Position numbers and translations under genes: made by a program. The notes beneath the pieces were generated by a model, which saw only the letters and a list, made by a program, of their open reading frames with translations, did no database searches and was not told where the DNA came from. A stretch of 64,000 bases of DNA from Lingula anatina (lineage: Eukaryota > Animalia > Brachiopoda). Of this stretch, positions 15,001-26,672 are shown one piece after another (within the stretch, counting starts at the first letter, position 1; each line of letters opens with the position of its first letter). The stretch spans positions 16,434,848-16,498,847 of the forward strand of contig CM120643.1 in the NCBI GenBank assembly GCA_051362555.1, written 5' to 3'.

Positions 15001-16431
15001 ATCTTTTAGTGCCCCACTGTCAAGTTCTGCTGATAGTTCTTTCAGTATGAGTGCTTCAGTGTCCCAAATAACAGACACTACAACATACCACCAACTAAAT
15101 GTTTCTTCAACAACTATAGCTACTGTAGAAACAACAATATTTTTTTTTAGTTGTGAAGGGAAACGAAATGACTTCCATCCAGACCCTTATAACTGTTCCG
15201 TTTACTATTATTGCTTGAGAGGTTCTATACTAGACAAACATGAATGCTTTGATAACAAGAAATATTATGATGAGGAATATAAGAGTTGTAGAACCTTTTG
15301 GGATGTATATCCGCAGTGTCATTATAATGGATCAAGAGTCCAGCTTACAACAACAGCACCAATAGCCACTACACCAGAAATGACTGGTAGAACCTCCAAC
15401 TCTTACATGGTCAATACCACTGCAAATGAGACTGGCTCATCTCTCTTTAGCTTGACTCCCTCTCTCCTACCTGCTTCGACAGCACTATCAAATACAACTT
15501 ATCCTGCACAGTCCACTTTATTGTCTACTTTATATCCTCATTTTCAAAACCAAACTATAAGTAATACCCAAGCCTCCCGTGAAACTCCAGAGACAAACCC
15601 TGCTTCTGAAGGGACCACACCACTCCCTAGGCTTCAAAATCAAACTGATAGCACAATCCAATTCTCTGGAGAAACTTCCAGCTCATCCCGCAGTGTGAAA
15701 TCCACTTTGTTCCCTCAGCTTGGAAATGAAACTCTAAGTTACAGCCAAACTACCACGCCATCCCTTCCCAATGCTTCTATAACCTATCCCTTGCTTACTA
15801 ATGTTTCAGCAACACCAAGACCAACCACTTCTCGAACCACAAAGCCCACAGTGACCACCGGCAGTGCCGTTGTAACCCCTAGTATTCCAGTCATTGGAAA
15901 TAGCACAGTAAATATCAAGACTGGCATTGCGCTACCATGGGATGACCTTTATTACCAAGAGTCTCGCCCCAAGACAGCAAGTGTCATAGAAGAGATTCAT
16001 GATTCAGTAAGTTTTTGGATAATACTTGTTTCCAGATTATTATTTAACCTACAAATCCACTGTCTTTTCTTCTAATAACATAGAGATGCCTGATACCACA
16101 TATTTTATTATGTCACTACTTATGTTCTATATCATTTTAAATAAAGTTAAAACTTTATCGATGCTTTCTTCTTTGTAGTTGATGAAGATCTATGAAGATC
16201 TCCCAGGACTAAGCAGGTTGAATGTAAAGGATCTCCAGTAAGTGGCTAGTCTCTTTATCTCAGTTAAACTTGAGCAAACAAGAAGACATAGCCTTGTATG
16301 ACTACTGGTCAAATCATGAGAACTGCTTGACCTACTGATTCCCCAATCTTGTCATGGATTGGACATAAAAATAAGGCACCATGATTAGAACCATTAACTC
16401 AAATTCTCTATCTGAAATACACATAACTTTC

Positions 16432-16494
<63 letters not shown>

Positions 16495-19400
16495 TTGTAT
16501 TTGTAATAACTGTACAACTGTGCACTTTTAGACGCATGGGTAAGATGACTCAGATCTGCTATGACTTGGAGCTGGCCAATGTTCCAATGGATCAGGAGGC
16601 CGAGGTGGTGGCTGTATTGGAAGACAAAATAAAGAAAAATGCAGGAATGATGCCCTTTGCCAATGCAGAACTGAAGGTGGAAGGACCTACATATGTTCAC
16701 ACTGGGAACTGTCAAGCTGTTCAGGCTCAACGTAAGAAACACTGTGTGCCCCTAAACTAATGATTACCTACATTAACTGTTGCATGTTATTTTGGCTACA
16801 AAACAATTTTTGGATAAGAAGTTAAACTTTTTAATTTGAATCTTTAACACAAAACTTAAAGATTCCATTTACTTTATGTTATGGAAAATCACTTTGAATA
16901 TTAATCAATATTTGCTTCTTAATTGTTTTTACCTGACTCTTCTAACCATTCAAATAATTTGGAATAAGAACATTATTGAGATGAATGATTTATATGTTTG
17001 CTTCTTTTTTTCTCATCACTCACACATTCCCAGAATATTGTGTTGTATTGTATTGTATTGTATTATTGCAGAGGTGGTGAACTGTGACTGGTTTGACTTG
17101 AACAATGTCTGTATCAATGGACTATGTGAGGTGGAGAACCAGAGACCAACTTGCCTGTAAGTACAATAATATTTTGCAAGTAATTTGTGAGCTGATGGAC
17201 AAATTTTGCTACTTTGTGTCATGTTATAAAAATATAAAAGGCTATCAATGGGCATTTGCTCCGTCAGAAGTGCTTGGATGCAAGTAGTGATGTAGGTCCT
17301 TTACTATTTGCTCCATCTTCAGCTGCAATAACTGCCTTTTTCTTTGCTATTATCAACAGTCAAATAAGAAATAAGAAAATGCCTGGTCACCATAGTCCAC
17401 AATTCACATTTAAAAAAATGCAATACCATCATATTGATTGAACCAATATTATTCAAACTGTGAATATATCTCATAAAATCAACACCTTTTTCAGATGTCA
17501 AGAAGGATACGCAGGACCAAGATGCCAGCTGAGAACAGAGAGTCCCCTGGCCCAGCAACAGGAGGACAAGTCCACCCTGATTGCAGCTGGGGTTGTGGCT
17601 GGAATTGTCTTCCTGGTCCTTGTGGTCCTGATCACATGGGTGGTTGTAGTTAAAATGAAGAGAAGAAGGGAACTCATGTAAGCATATTAGCCACTGGCAT
17701 TTTTGGATAAGTATGGACTGTATGTCCAATTGGTACCTATTTGGGACATATCTGGCAATAAAAATCTATGGTTTATTCAGATGGATGGCAAAGTCTCCTA
17801 CAGAATTCAATTATTCTATTGCTTTACAACTGTAAGAACTATGACTGTGAGCAGAGGGCTGGTGTTTGTGAAGGCTAAATGCTACTGCTTTATCCCAAGA
17901 CCCTGCCTATTTTAGTTTCATTCTACTAAAGCAAAGTTTTGTGGAAATACACAACTAATCTTGTTGAAACTACCAAAGTTCACCTGTTTGCTTTATTTGC
18001 TAGTATACCAGGTATGGATGAAAATGTCTCAATCCTTAAAACCCATAAGGAGCTTATTATTTTATTGTTATAACATCATGTGTTTATGGTAAAGACTTGA
18101 AAATTCCATCACTAGTAAGTAAATAATATCTTTAAATGTCTGAATCTGACTTGTCTAAATTGTCAAGTGGCCCATTTTCAAGTTTGATGAAATTTTCAAA
18201 ATGAAAATAATTACTTTGGCAGAGAATCTCTTCTGACAAAATTTTCAAGACTGACTAAATGTTCAGGTTTTTACCATACCTCTCCTGTGCCATAATTCTA
18301 CCCCAGTACCATTACCTTGACCTTTTTGCTTCATTCAGGTACCGCTCCCAATCTGACAAGCTGCAAGAAATGAGGTAAGTTTCTCCATCATTTGGCTTGC
18401 GCTTTAAAACACTGATATTGACCTCGCCACACTTTCAGCTTACAATGATTTTATTAGTTGCCACTAGGCAGTGTGCCTCCATTTTCCCTTTACACTGTAA
18501 TCCTCATATTCCACAGGTCATTTATATGAGGCTACATGAAACTCTGCAGTTAATCGTTCTTTTTTTTCTACATCCCTCTCAATACTTCTTAACACCCAAT
18601 ACTACACACAATGCATCAATCATTTTTCATTTCCTTCTTAAGTCAAAATATGATATGAATACTTCCTCTCTGAATTTCTGTTTTTTTTTTTTTTTTCAGC
18701 CACATTTAAAACAGAATCATAACTAACATTTAAATTGTAAGTACTTTACACAAGTCTGCATTTTGTTTCAGTCTGGAGAATGGTGGCACCAATGGCAGTG
18801 CAATTGGAGCAATGAGCAGTTCCTATCTACCCAGATATGCCAGAGCAGGTAAGTCCATTTGATAAAAATTATTATTATTAAAATTATTCTATGCTCAGAA
18901 AGTTATTATGATATGCGAATGTCGCACCTGGTGTGAAATGCAATCTGATTCAAGAGGCTTTCCGTTCACCTTACAGGTGCTCCTAGTTCTGTGGGAGGTT
19001 CCCACTACCCCAGAGAGGGGTCGATATACGGCACCAATGGCAGGCCACCAATGGATGATGACGTGAGTGCATAATGCTCTTCTCTTCTCAAATAAAAAAT
19101 TAAAGTATAATTTTATGATGTAAACCAAATCTGTGCTGAAGTGACTTCCAGAAAAGCAACACACAATTATTCTTACATGTGCCTGTAAAATGAAGGAATT
19201 GGTCTAATAATATAATCAAATAACATTAAGCATTTTGTTTTAGATAATTTCACATTTCAAATTCTTCTTTTTCTATTCTTCAGGGATTTGACCACATAGG
19301 TTATGCAACTGCTCATTCAGTAAGTTAAACTTTATCTTTCTTAATGCTTTTATGTTCATTAACAATGAACTTTTGCAAGAACCCTGTAAAAGTCAGTCTT

Positions 19401-19665
19401 CCAAAGAAAATAAATAAACTTAAGTAGATCTGGGGTCATGGCACAGTGGACAGTTTCTAATCCTTTTCTTCAAATCATAAATCTGCCAGTGTCATAAAAT
19501 ATGCCTGTCTTTCTTAGTGTTTCTTAATTCTGCCCTGAATTCTTTCAGATAAACTATCCCAGAGACATTTACGGTGGCTCTGCCAGGGAACCCATCTATG
19601 GAGGTTCTGGAAGGGACATGTATGGTGGTTCTGCACGAGATATATATGGTGGTTCCGTCAGATAA
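1..19665 (+). CDS. Giant transmembrane chitin-binding mucin (CBM14/peritrophin-A repeats + PTS spacers + SEA-like + EGF + TM + Tyr-rich tail), 5'-partial
   Basis: Reading frame is open from position 3. Exons: <1-1611, 1806-16006, 16179-16237, 16532-16731, 17072-17156, 17495-17677, 18339-18374, 18772-18848, 18977-19062, 19284-19319, 19549-19665 (TAA). All introns are GT..AG with matching phases; total from nt 3 is 16689 nt = 5563 codons including the stop. Six-Cys domains fit the peritrophin-A spacing (C-x13-C-x5-C-x10-C-x13-C-x9-C). EGF: CDWFDLNNVCINGLCEVENQRPTCLCQEGYAGPRC. TM: LIAAGVVAGIVFLVLVVLITWVVVV followed by KMKRRR. Confidence 0.9.
108..1510 (+). other. Three divergent CBM14/peritrophin-A domains (~110-290, ~995-1175, ~1325-1505) plus the tail of a fourth at 3-55
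   Basis: Translations FTCEGKEDGLYPDHESC..C..C..C..C, FTCRGKTSGFYPHPENCINYFHC..., VTCADKKDGIYALQNCNMYYQC...; nt 3-55 read CITFEFASEKCFFNGTR, matching the domain end seen in the other copies. Confidence 0.85.
2180..3900 (+). repeat. Coding tandem repeat: 27-bp (9-aa PQDKSTTTS-type) monomer, organised into a 105-bp (35-aa) higher-order unit at ~2870-3850
   Basis: The caagac core recurs about every 27 bp; agacaggagt occurs at 2911, 3016 and 3121 (105-bp period). Unit: TTSPQDRSTAAPPQDKATTTSSQDNITTTLQDKST (9+9+9+8 aa). Confidence 0.9.
5120..15375 (+). repeat. Coding tandem array of 15 near-identical CBM14 domains with mucin spacers (657/660-bp and 843-864-bp units)
   Basis: aatgacttccatcc (NDFHP) occurs at ~5147, 5807, 6467, 7124, 7781, 8645, 9305, 9965, 10625, 11282, 11942, 12599, 13463, 14324, 15166. 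Confidence 0.95.
15895..16731 (+). other. SEA-like domain of the mucin (split over three exons)
   Basis: Spliced sequence NSTVNIKTGIALPWDDLYYQESRPKTASVIEEIHDSLMKIYEDLPGLSRLNVKDLQRMGKMTQICYDLEL... It lies between the PTS region and EGF/TM, and its pattern resembles SEA domains of membrane mucins. Recognised by eye only. Confidence 0.6.
16436..16491. repeat. (TA)n microsatellite in a mucin intron
   Basis: Perfect dinucleotide run. Confidence 0.95.
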
Positions 19666-21834
19666 CCCTGACCAGCCAATCCTTATTTTAGGAAGACTAA
19701 ATGACTGTTTAAAAGATCTTTACAGTATGAAGACTCATGGAAAAAAATACTGAAATCAGAAAATGACCTGATCTTAGTTGCAAATATGCATAACTGATAA
19801 AAAGCGTCTGCATTCAATTGACATTGTAAAGACAGTTCCAATAACTGCAATGAAATTCCTATTTCAAGAAGAAAAATATATAAATAAAATATAATAAATA
19901 TATACACAGAGAAAATATTGCTTCAAAGCATCAAGGGTGGTTTCATCAGTTCCTTATCTCCAGGATGGCTAAATAACTAGTGAAGCCTAGACTGAAATTT
20001 TAACGTCATTAATGGCTGAAATTGCATGAACTGATGACAAAGTCCCTCTGAAGGTAACAATATGACCTCATATTTATGATCTTCTAAAGATATTATAGGT
20101 CATAAATGCTATCTTCATGATAAGCAGGCATATATAGGATCATGTTCATTCAAGATTATAGATTATAGCATAAGACTTTAGATTTTGATGTCAATTTGGC
20201 CTGTTACTATAATGTTTATCAGTCAGATATATTGTTTAAAATGACACAATATTATTATTATTATTATAGCATGAACTGATATTACCGCTATTTGAAATAT
20301 CCCATGGTTGTTATCATTTGCATTTAAACATCTATGTACATTATTTTGTAAATACATCGAGATATAATTGAACTTATCATGACTGTTGACATAATTGTGC
20401 TTCAAGGTTTAGTATTCCTTGAAACAGAGTAGAATGAAAAAGTATAACTTTTTACAGCTGTAAGGAAATAATCCATCTTAAGAAGCAAAACATGGCCCCA
20501 CCCAACATTATCGTACTATATTTGCAACAATGGCATTGCATTCATTTCACTGTAAAAATTCTAGTTTAAGTGACTTGTAACCTTATAGAATAGTTTATAC
20601 GACATTGCCAAGATCATATAATGATGAGAGACAACCAGGATTAAACTAGAGGCATTATGTACCAGCGATTAAAAATTTTGTAAATGCTTATAATTAGAGT
20701 CTACGCATTGGATTTTGGAACTTTTTAAGTATCTTGATAAGAAATAAATATTTGTTTTATAGAATTGCTTTAAATATTTATTAACACACCACCCAATCCC
20801 ATGTGTCTTCCCATACCAAAAATGTGAATGTTATAATAAAAACTTTTAGGTCCTTAGGCTTGCATGCCAGCAAGAAATAAGTAAGAAAGAGAAAACGTAT
20901 GCACTTTTGATCCATGATTTCATGGCATCTCAGCACGTAAAGAAATAATCACCTTCTTGCCTCCTGGCTCAAAAGTATTTTAATCATTTTAACTAATGGA
21001 TGATTCTGATAAACAAGGCTGTTACCTGTAGCTTACAGCCTCAGTTTTTGTTTGGCATACACATTCATGGTGAAATTAACAAACAAAGTGTTATATCGCA
21101 AAAATGGTTTTATTTACATATCACAAAAAAGTCACAATTAAATTCGAAAGTAACTCAAATATACATACTTCTTATTTAGAAAAAAAAAGATTTTTTGTTT
21201 TCAGTCTATGAGTAAAAATGACAAAATTTCCAGCAGCAAAGCCAAGGTCAGTCTACAAAGTACTTCTCAATTTTTCAAATTTAAATCACTTTTTTTATAT
21301 GATGAAAAATGATAAAGCTTTCAGTAATGAAGTGACCAGTCCTCTATACTGAGTAGACTGAAAACGACTCCTATTAACATGATTCAACATTATATACATA
21401 TACATAATTGCAAGTAAGTCAGAAGATCATTTAATCTAATCAAGATCAATAAATAAGGAAGAGGTGCAATCATTTCTCATTTTCGCTCTCTTTTTTGGGG
21501 AGGGACATCCAATTACAAAAAAAAATTAAGAAGAGAAAAAGACCATTGCGAGGACAATGTAAGGAATGGCCCTTACCATTGTAGACGACCTTATGTCATC
21601 ATAGTAACCATAAAATAACAAAATTAGTCATCATATACAACTTAATATTAACTATGGCAGCAGGTTATATGCCACAGTTTGCCAAGTTTTCTTAGCTAGC
21701 ACATTTGTGTTAGCGTGGTGAAAATATCCCTTTATCACCTCACATTCGTGTTCTAATATTCATCATACCTCAACCCGAGGTCCTATGGCAGATGTACCAA
21801 TTCCCAAAAGAATTAAAGTATTTCTCCCTCTTTA

Positions 21835-22160
21835 TGTTAAGAAACATCACACAAATACTGTGTACTCATACAGATCATCTGAGGTCCAACAGTTCTGATA
21901 TTCACTGTACCTCGCCCTGATGTCAATTTCCAACTGAATGGAATCATTTTTAGATTTTTGTGTTCAAGAACATCATACAAACACTAGTACTGTGCACTCA
22001 TACAGATCATGTGAGTTCCAACTGTTCTGATATTCACTGTACCTCGCCCAGATGTCAATTCCAAAATGAATTGAATCATTTTTAGATTTTTATGTTCAAG
22101 GACATCACACAAGCGCTAGTACTGTGCACTCATACAGATCACCTGAGGTCCAATTGTTCT
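21835..22160. repeat. 132-bp tandem repeat (~2.4 copies) overlapping the CENP-L stop codon and 3' UTR
   Basis: catacagatc occurs at 21867, 21999 and 22131 (exact 132-bp period), with high similarity between units. Confidence 0.9.
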
Positions 22161-25100
22161 GTTGCCAGCTGGGTAAAATGGGACAACATTCTCAGCACAT
22201 GATCATTTTGAAATAACTGAAAGTAAACACCAGGAAATAAAATGAATAACACGATTTGATCCATGACAAGAAGAACACCAACACAATCAGATATTTTGAT
22301 CTTTTATGAATAAAGGCAAAATGATTAAATTAAAAAGTTTTTTTAGGGTTTTTATCTCACCTTAATGCTGCTCAGAAAATACAGAAATCTCTTAAATTAA
22401 TGAATACTACTTTCAAAGTTATGTAACAGATGAAACCTATCTAAATCTTATCTAAATTTTAATACGTGAGATTTCTAAAACAGTATAACCTTATTACCTT
22501 CACCTTCCCGTCCATGGACACCAGACCTATGCCAGTACCAGCCCTACTGAGGTGCATGTGCTATAAAATATAATAATTATTCCATTATGACATTTTTTTA
22601 ATCTGAGAAAAGGAAAATACACATTTCATTGTGATCAATTAACTTTTCCTTGATAAAGAAATAAGAAGATTTCTGAACAGAAAATGGGATCACTTTATAC
22701 TATTTTCTTTTGTTTATTTAAAACACGTTGGTTGATCATAAATAACAGCTCAACAAAAATCTTAGCCAAAGAAATAAAATGCATCATATGTTACAGAAAA
22801 AATAATTTCTTTAAATTAATTTTGTGGTGTGTCTAAAAGCTTGGCTTCGTCTTCACTATCAAAAAATATTTTCATTTGAATACTTCTTAGCTTTGGCTGG
22901 GAAAAATATGTAATATGATTTCTACCTCTGTACATACTTACCCCAAGAAAAATATTGAAGTGTGCATAAAAATGTGATTCAAGAGCTTTGGTGAAGACCT
23001 CCACTTCCTCCACTGTGAACTCGTCTCTCTCCTCTGTGTGCACACTGGGTGAAAAATAACAGATATAAAGATATTATTTTCACCAATAACTGACAGCTTC
23101 ATGAAGATAATGATTTCCACAATCTGTGCTTAGAGAACTCACTACAGTAACTGTAATGTTCAGTACAACTCTGTGTCAATTACTTTCTTAACCCTAATTT
23201 CTACCATTCCCACACAACTTCTATAGAAAAACAAACACAGTCCTTACCTATCCCAGAGTGCCTTACAATCCCCAGCATTAATTGTGTAGGTTATGGATGA
23301 CAACCCCTCCACCTGTGGCACTCTGTATAGCAACTCTACTGGCTTGTGGCCGATGTCTGAAGAAAAAATATTAACACAAATTTTACAGAAATCCTGAAAA
23401 CACAAGCACCAAAGGTACACAGCTCTGTATGGCAGGGGGGGGGCATATATGGGGGGAGTGGAGGCCTAATACAACACAAAAAACATATAGCAGTTCTTCA
23501 GAAGACTTATGATAAGGTTTCAGTTATCTTAACAAGCATTCTGCTCAAAGTCTGACATAAAGTTACACTGCAACTATCCAAAAAGTATTGAGGAATATTG
23601 CTGACTAACAATGTTCCCTATTCAATCTCAATAATTCCTAAGTCTATACTTGTGGGGGGAAAAAAAAAAAAAAAAGATAGCTCTAGTAATTTCATAGAAT
23701 CATTGGGGGCATTCTTGGAAATAAATCATACCTGTCTCCACCCCTGCCCACATGGCAACCATCCAGGACAGGTCAGTGGACGTGAACTCCATTGGGGTGA
23801 TGTGGCAGTCAAAGTTACTCTGGAGAGTAAAAATGCAAAATACACTAAAAATTATATTGGGTTTTTTATCATTTAAGCCAAGTAATCGATTTTTCAGCAT
23901 ATCTTTGATAAAACAAAGATGTATTATCAGTAAACATATTTATCAGTCACAGAAAATTTTCTACTGCATTTGTATAAATGTCAGTATATTGGTAAAAGAG
24001 TAGTATAAATACACATTTGTACAAAAATTAGCCCCATATGATTTTTACATAGTCAAATACTTTTTCTATCAAAAACAATCTTACTGCACTCATTGGGAAG
24101 CAAAAATTGTATTGTATGTTCTTATATTTAAGCATCTGCCTGTTTTAAGGCAATCCTCCATTCCACTCCCTAGGAAAATGTGTCAAACCTAGCAAATTTT
24201 CTGCTGAACTGAGTTAACTTAACATTAACAGATGCTACATCAAATTAAAAGCTAAACATTCTAAACAACATTTAATTCTCAGCCAGAACTTATTAAACTC
24301 CAGCCAGATTTGCAAGTATTTCAATGATCATTCTTGTTTTTAAATGTAACCCAACCATAGCAATCTCCTTCAAGCCAATCCAACTATTACCTGCAACCAA
24401 CTCTGGACACTGCTTGTTATGCCCACTGGACCCTTGACCATCATCAGTGGTAGCCATGTGAAGGAGGACGGGAGCCTTCTCTGGATATCTTCATTCACAC
24501 CCACTCCAAACAACACAGCTGTGACAGCCACTTTGGCTTCCCCTTGTCCTGAAGAGAAAACAATACTACATCCAGTAATGACTTTAAAGATGAGCATCCA
24601 TTACATCCAACTGAGTGAACAGTTCACTTGCCAAAGCTAACGCAATGTGATGAATATTTTCAACAATCCACTTGTCACAGCTATCACAATATAGTGAATT
24701 CTGTAGTATTTTTGTGTGAGACAGCATCTGAATCGACTCAACTACCGCATGAAAGCAACTATGGATGGTGTTTATGAAAAATATTGAAATTCTCACCTGT
24801 GCTTGGTTTAGATTTCACTAGAATTTGTATGGCCTCTGAGTCACCTACAGAACAACAAACGTCCATTTAAATGTAAGGACAATATGTGACTGAACCCCAC
24901 ATTTATGCAATTAAACAGAAATGTCATTTTCTAACAGTAACACGTTTTCAAGCTTTATACGAGTATGTACACCCTTGAGCACATTCTTATGTAAAAGTTA
25001 GATTTTTTTTGCATAAAATGCCTTGAACTTATAAATCTTACATACCAATCAGTTTCAAATATCAAAAATATTATTTTTCTTTTAATAAAACAGATTGCAA

Positions 25101-26672
25101 GCTTTTTTATCTGCAACAGTTAAAAGACTTCTAGAAAATCAAACAAAAGCTAAATAAGCTGACTGCACTTATCCTGCAAATTGTAGACCTACTTTCATTT
25201 GTTCTCAGTCCTCTATATACACTTATCACAGCCTTCCCTGCCACCTCTCCCTCACTGACCACTGCCCCTTTCAGAGATTCCTGGTGAGACAAAATATATA
25301 AAAATCTCAATTATCTTAAAACACATTTTAAACTTTTTAAACATAAGGCTATATCTAACCATATTGTTAATAAGCCAAGAGAACTTTGTCTGGTAACATT
25401 AACATTAACCTGAATTTTGGAGTTCATAGACTCTGAGGTCACATAAAAACCACAGAGTTCAACAATCCTGCACAAAAAACTAATAAATTATTAATAAAAA
25501 TAAAAAATAATAAAATAAAAGCTCATATCTGATATATGTAAAAGAAAACATTTAATTATGAATTTAGTTTTCCATCAGCACTTACAGCCTCCACAAATGC
25601 AGATAGCACTGCAGAATGCCTCCTCAAAGTTCTGTTATCATAACTGAAGTTGTACATAGGGGTCATCTTGTACAGGCGCCATGTCTTCTTCAGAAAGCCT
25701 GAAAACAAATAAATTGATGAGATCACTGTCACAGTGAGAAAAGGGATCATATTTCACACAAAGTAACATCTTATAAGTATGTACTCCTTGAATAAACCAG
25801 TGCAACTTACTGATGTAAATTTATCTAAGTAGTGTACATAATCTAACAAATTATAGAATAACTGGTCTAAATATTTCTATTTCATATTTAATCTCTGCTG
25901 ATGCACAGGAATAAAGATATTTACAGCTCTTTGTGATCACAAAGGACTGATTCAGAACAAGTTGATCCTCCAACAAACAATTATGCATATCAAATATGGC
26001 CAACCCACTGGAAAGCTGGCTATATAATCCACTTATAATAGACACTGAATGGATTCCAGTAAGCTTTCAAGTAGGTCAGTTATACTTGATCTGTGGATCT
26101 GTTTGTCTGCAGATCAACTTCAGTTGGAATTGCTTTAAAAATATGCACAAAAAGGTCTATGTACATTTTTTTTATAGTGTAAAAAACAGATAACTGACAA
26201 ATGTACATTATAAATCTACACTGAGCAGAAAATGGGAACTAACCTTCAAAATCTGGAGGTTCTTCTTGATCATCTTGTGGCTTTACACCTAAAAAATAAA
26301 GTGAAACAGTTTGTCAACTTCTGCTGTCGTCACAGTGGATGCCAATCTCAACTGTATGGAATCTGAAGGCATCAAGATAAACATGCCAGACATAACAGGC
26401 ATTCAGAACAAAGACTGCTACAAATTTATATTAAAATAATAAACTAACATTGGTAAGAAGAAGGATTGGGATTTTTGTTGAATTGTGTGTGTTGAATCTT
26501 CCCACTTACCTGCTAACCTTCTCGATGTAGCAGACTTCATATAAGGGGTATGTTTCCTTCTTGAGCGTACACTGTGCCCTGCTAGTGACCCCCCTGTTCT
26601 AGATCCCCTACCTGAGGTTATGATCTGAGACTGTGGGGTGACACCTGGGGTGTCACTTGCAGTGGAACTCAT
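22139..26672 (-). CDS. CENPL: Centromere protein L (CCAN subunit), ~351 aa
   Basis: Minus-strand exons 26672-26510, 26288-26244, 25698-25586, 25280-25193, 24844-24797, 24548-24391, 23819-23732, 23356-23248, 23044-22942, 22560-22498, 22216-22139 (TGA) total 1056 nt in frame. Motifs FLKKTWRLYKMTPMYNFSY, FTWLPLMMVKG, FDCHITPM..LSWMVAMW, KALWDSVH, HFYAHFNIFL and DGKVK parallel vertebrate CENP-L. A possible extra first exon starts at ATG 27544. Confidence 0.88.

Noticed and set aside
20020-20060. ATGA...AAA...GA pattern resembling a SECIS element
   Set aside because: The stem is too short and poorly paired, and the upstream gene has no in-frame TGA.
22371-22440. Alternative CENP-L last exon (IGFICYITLK...)
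   Set aside because: Needs a ~57-nt intron with a poor acceptor; exon 22216-22139 has a better acceptor and matches the known C-terminus.
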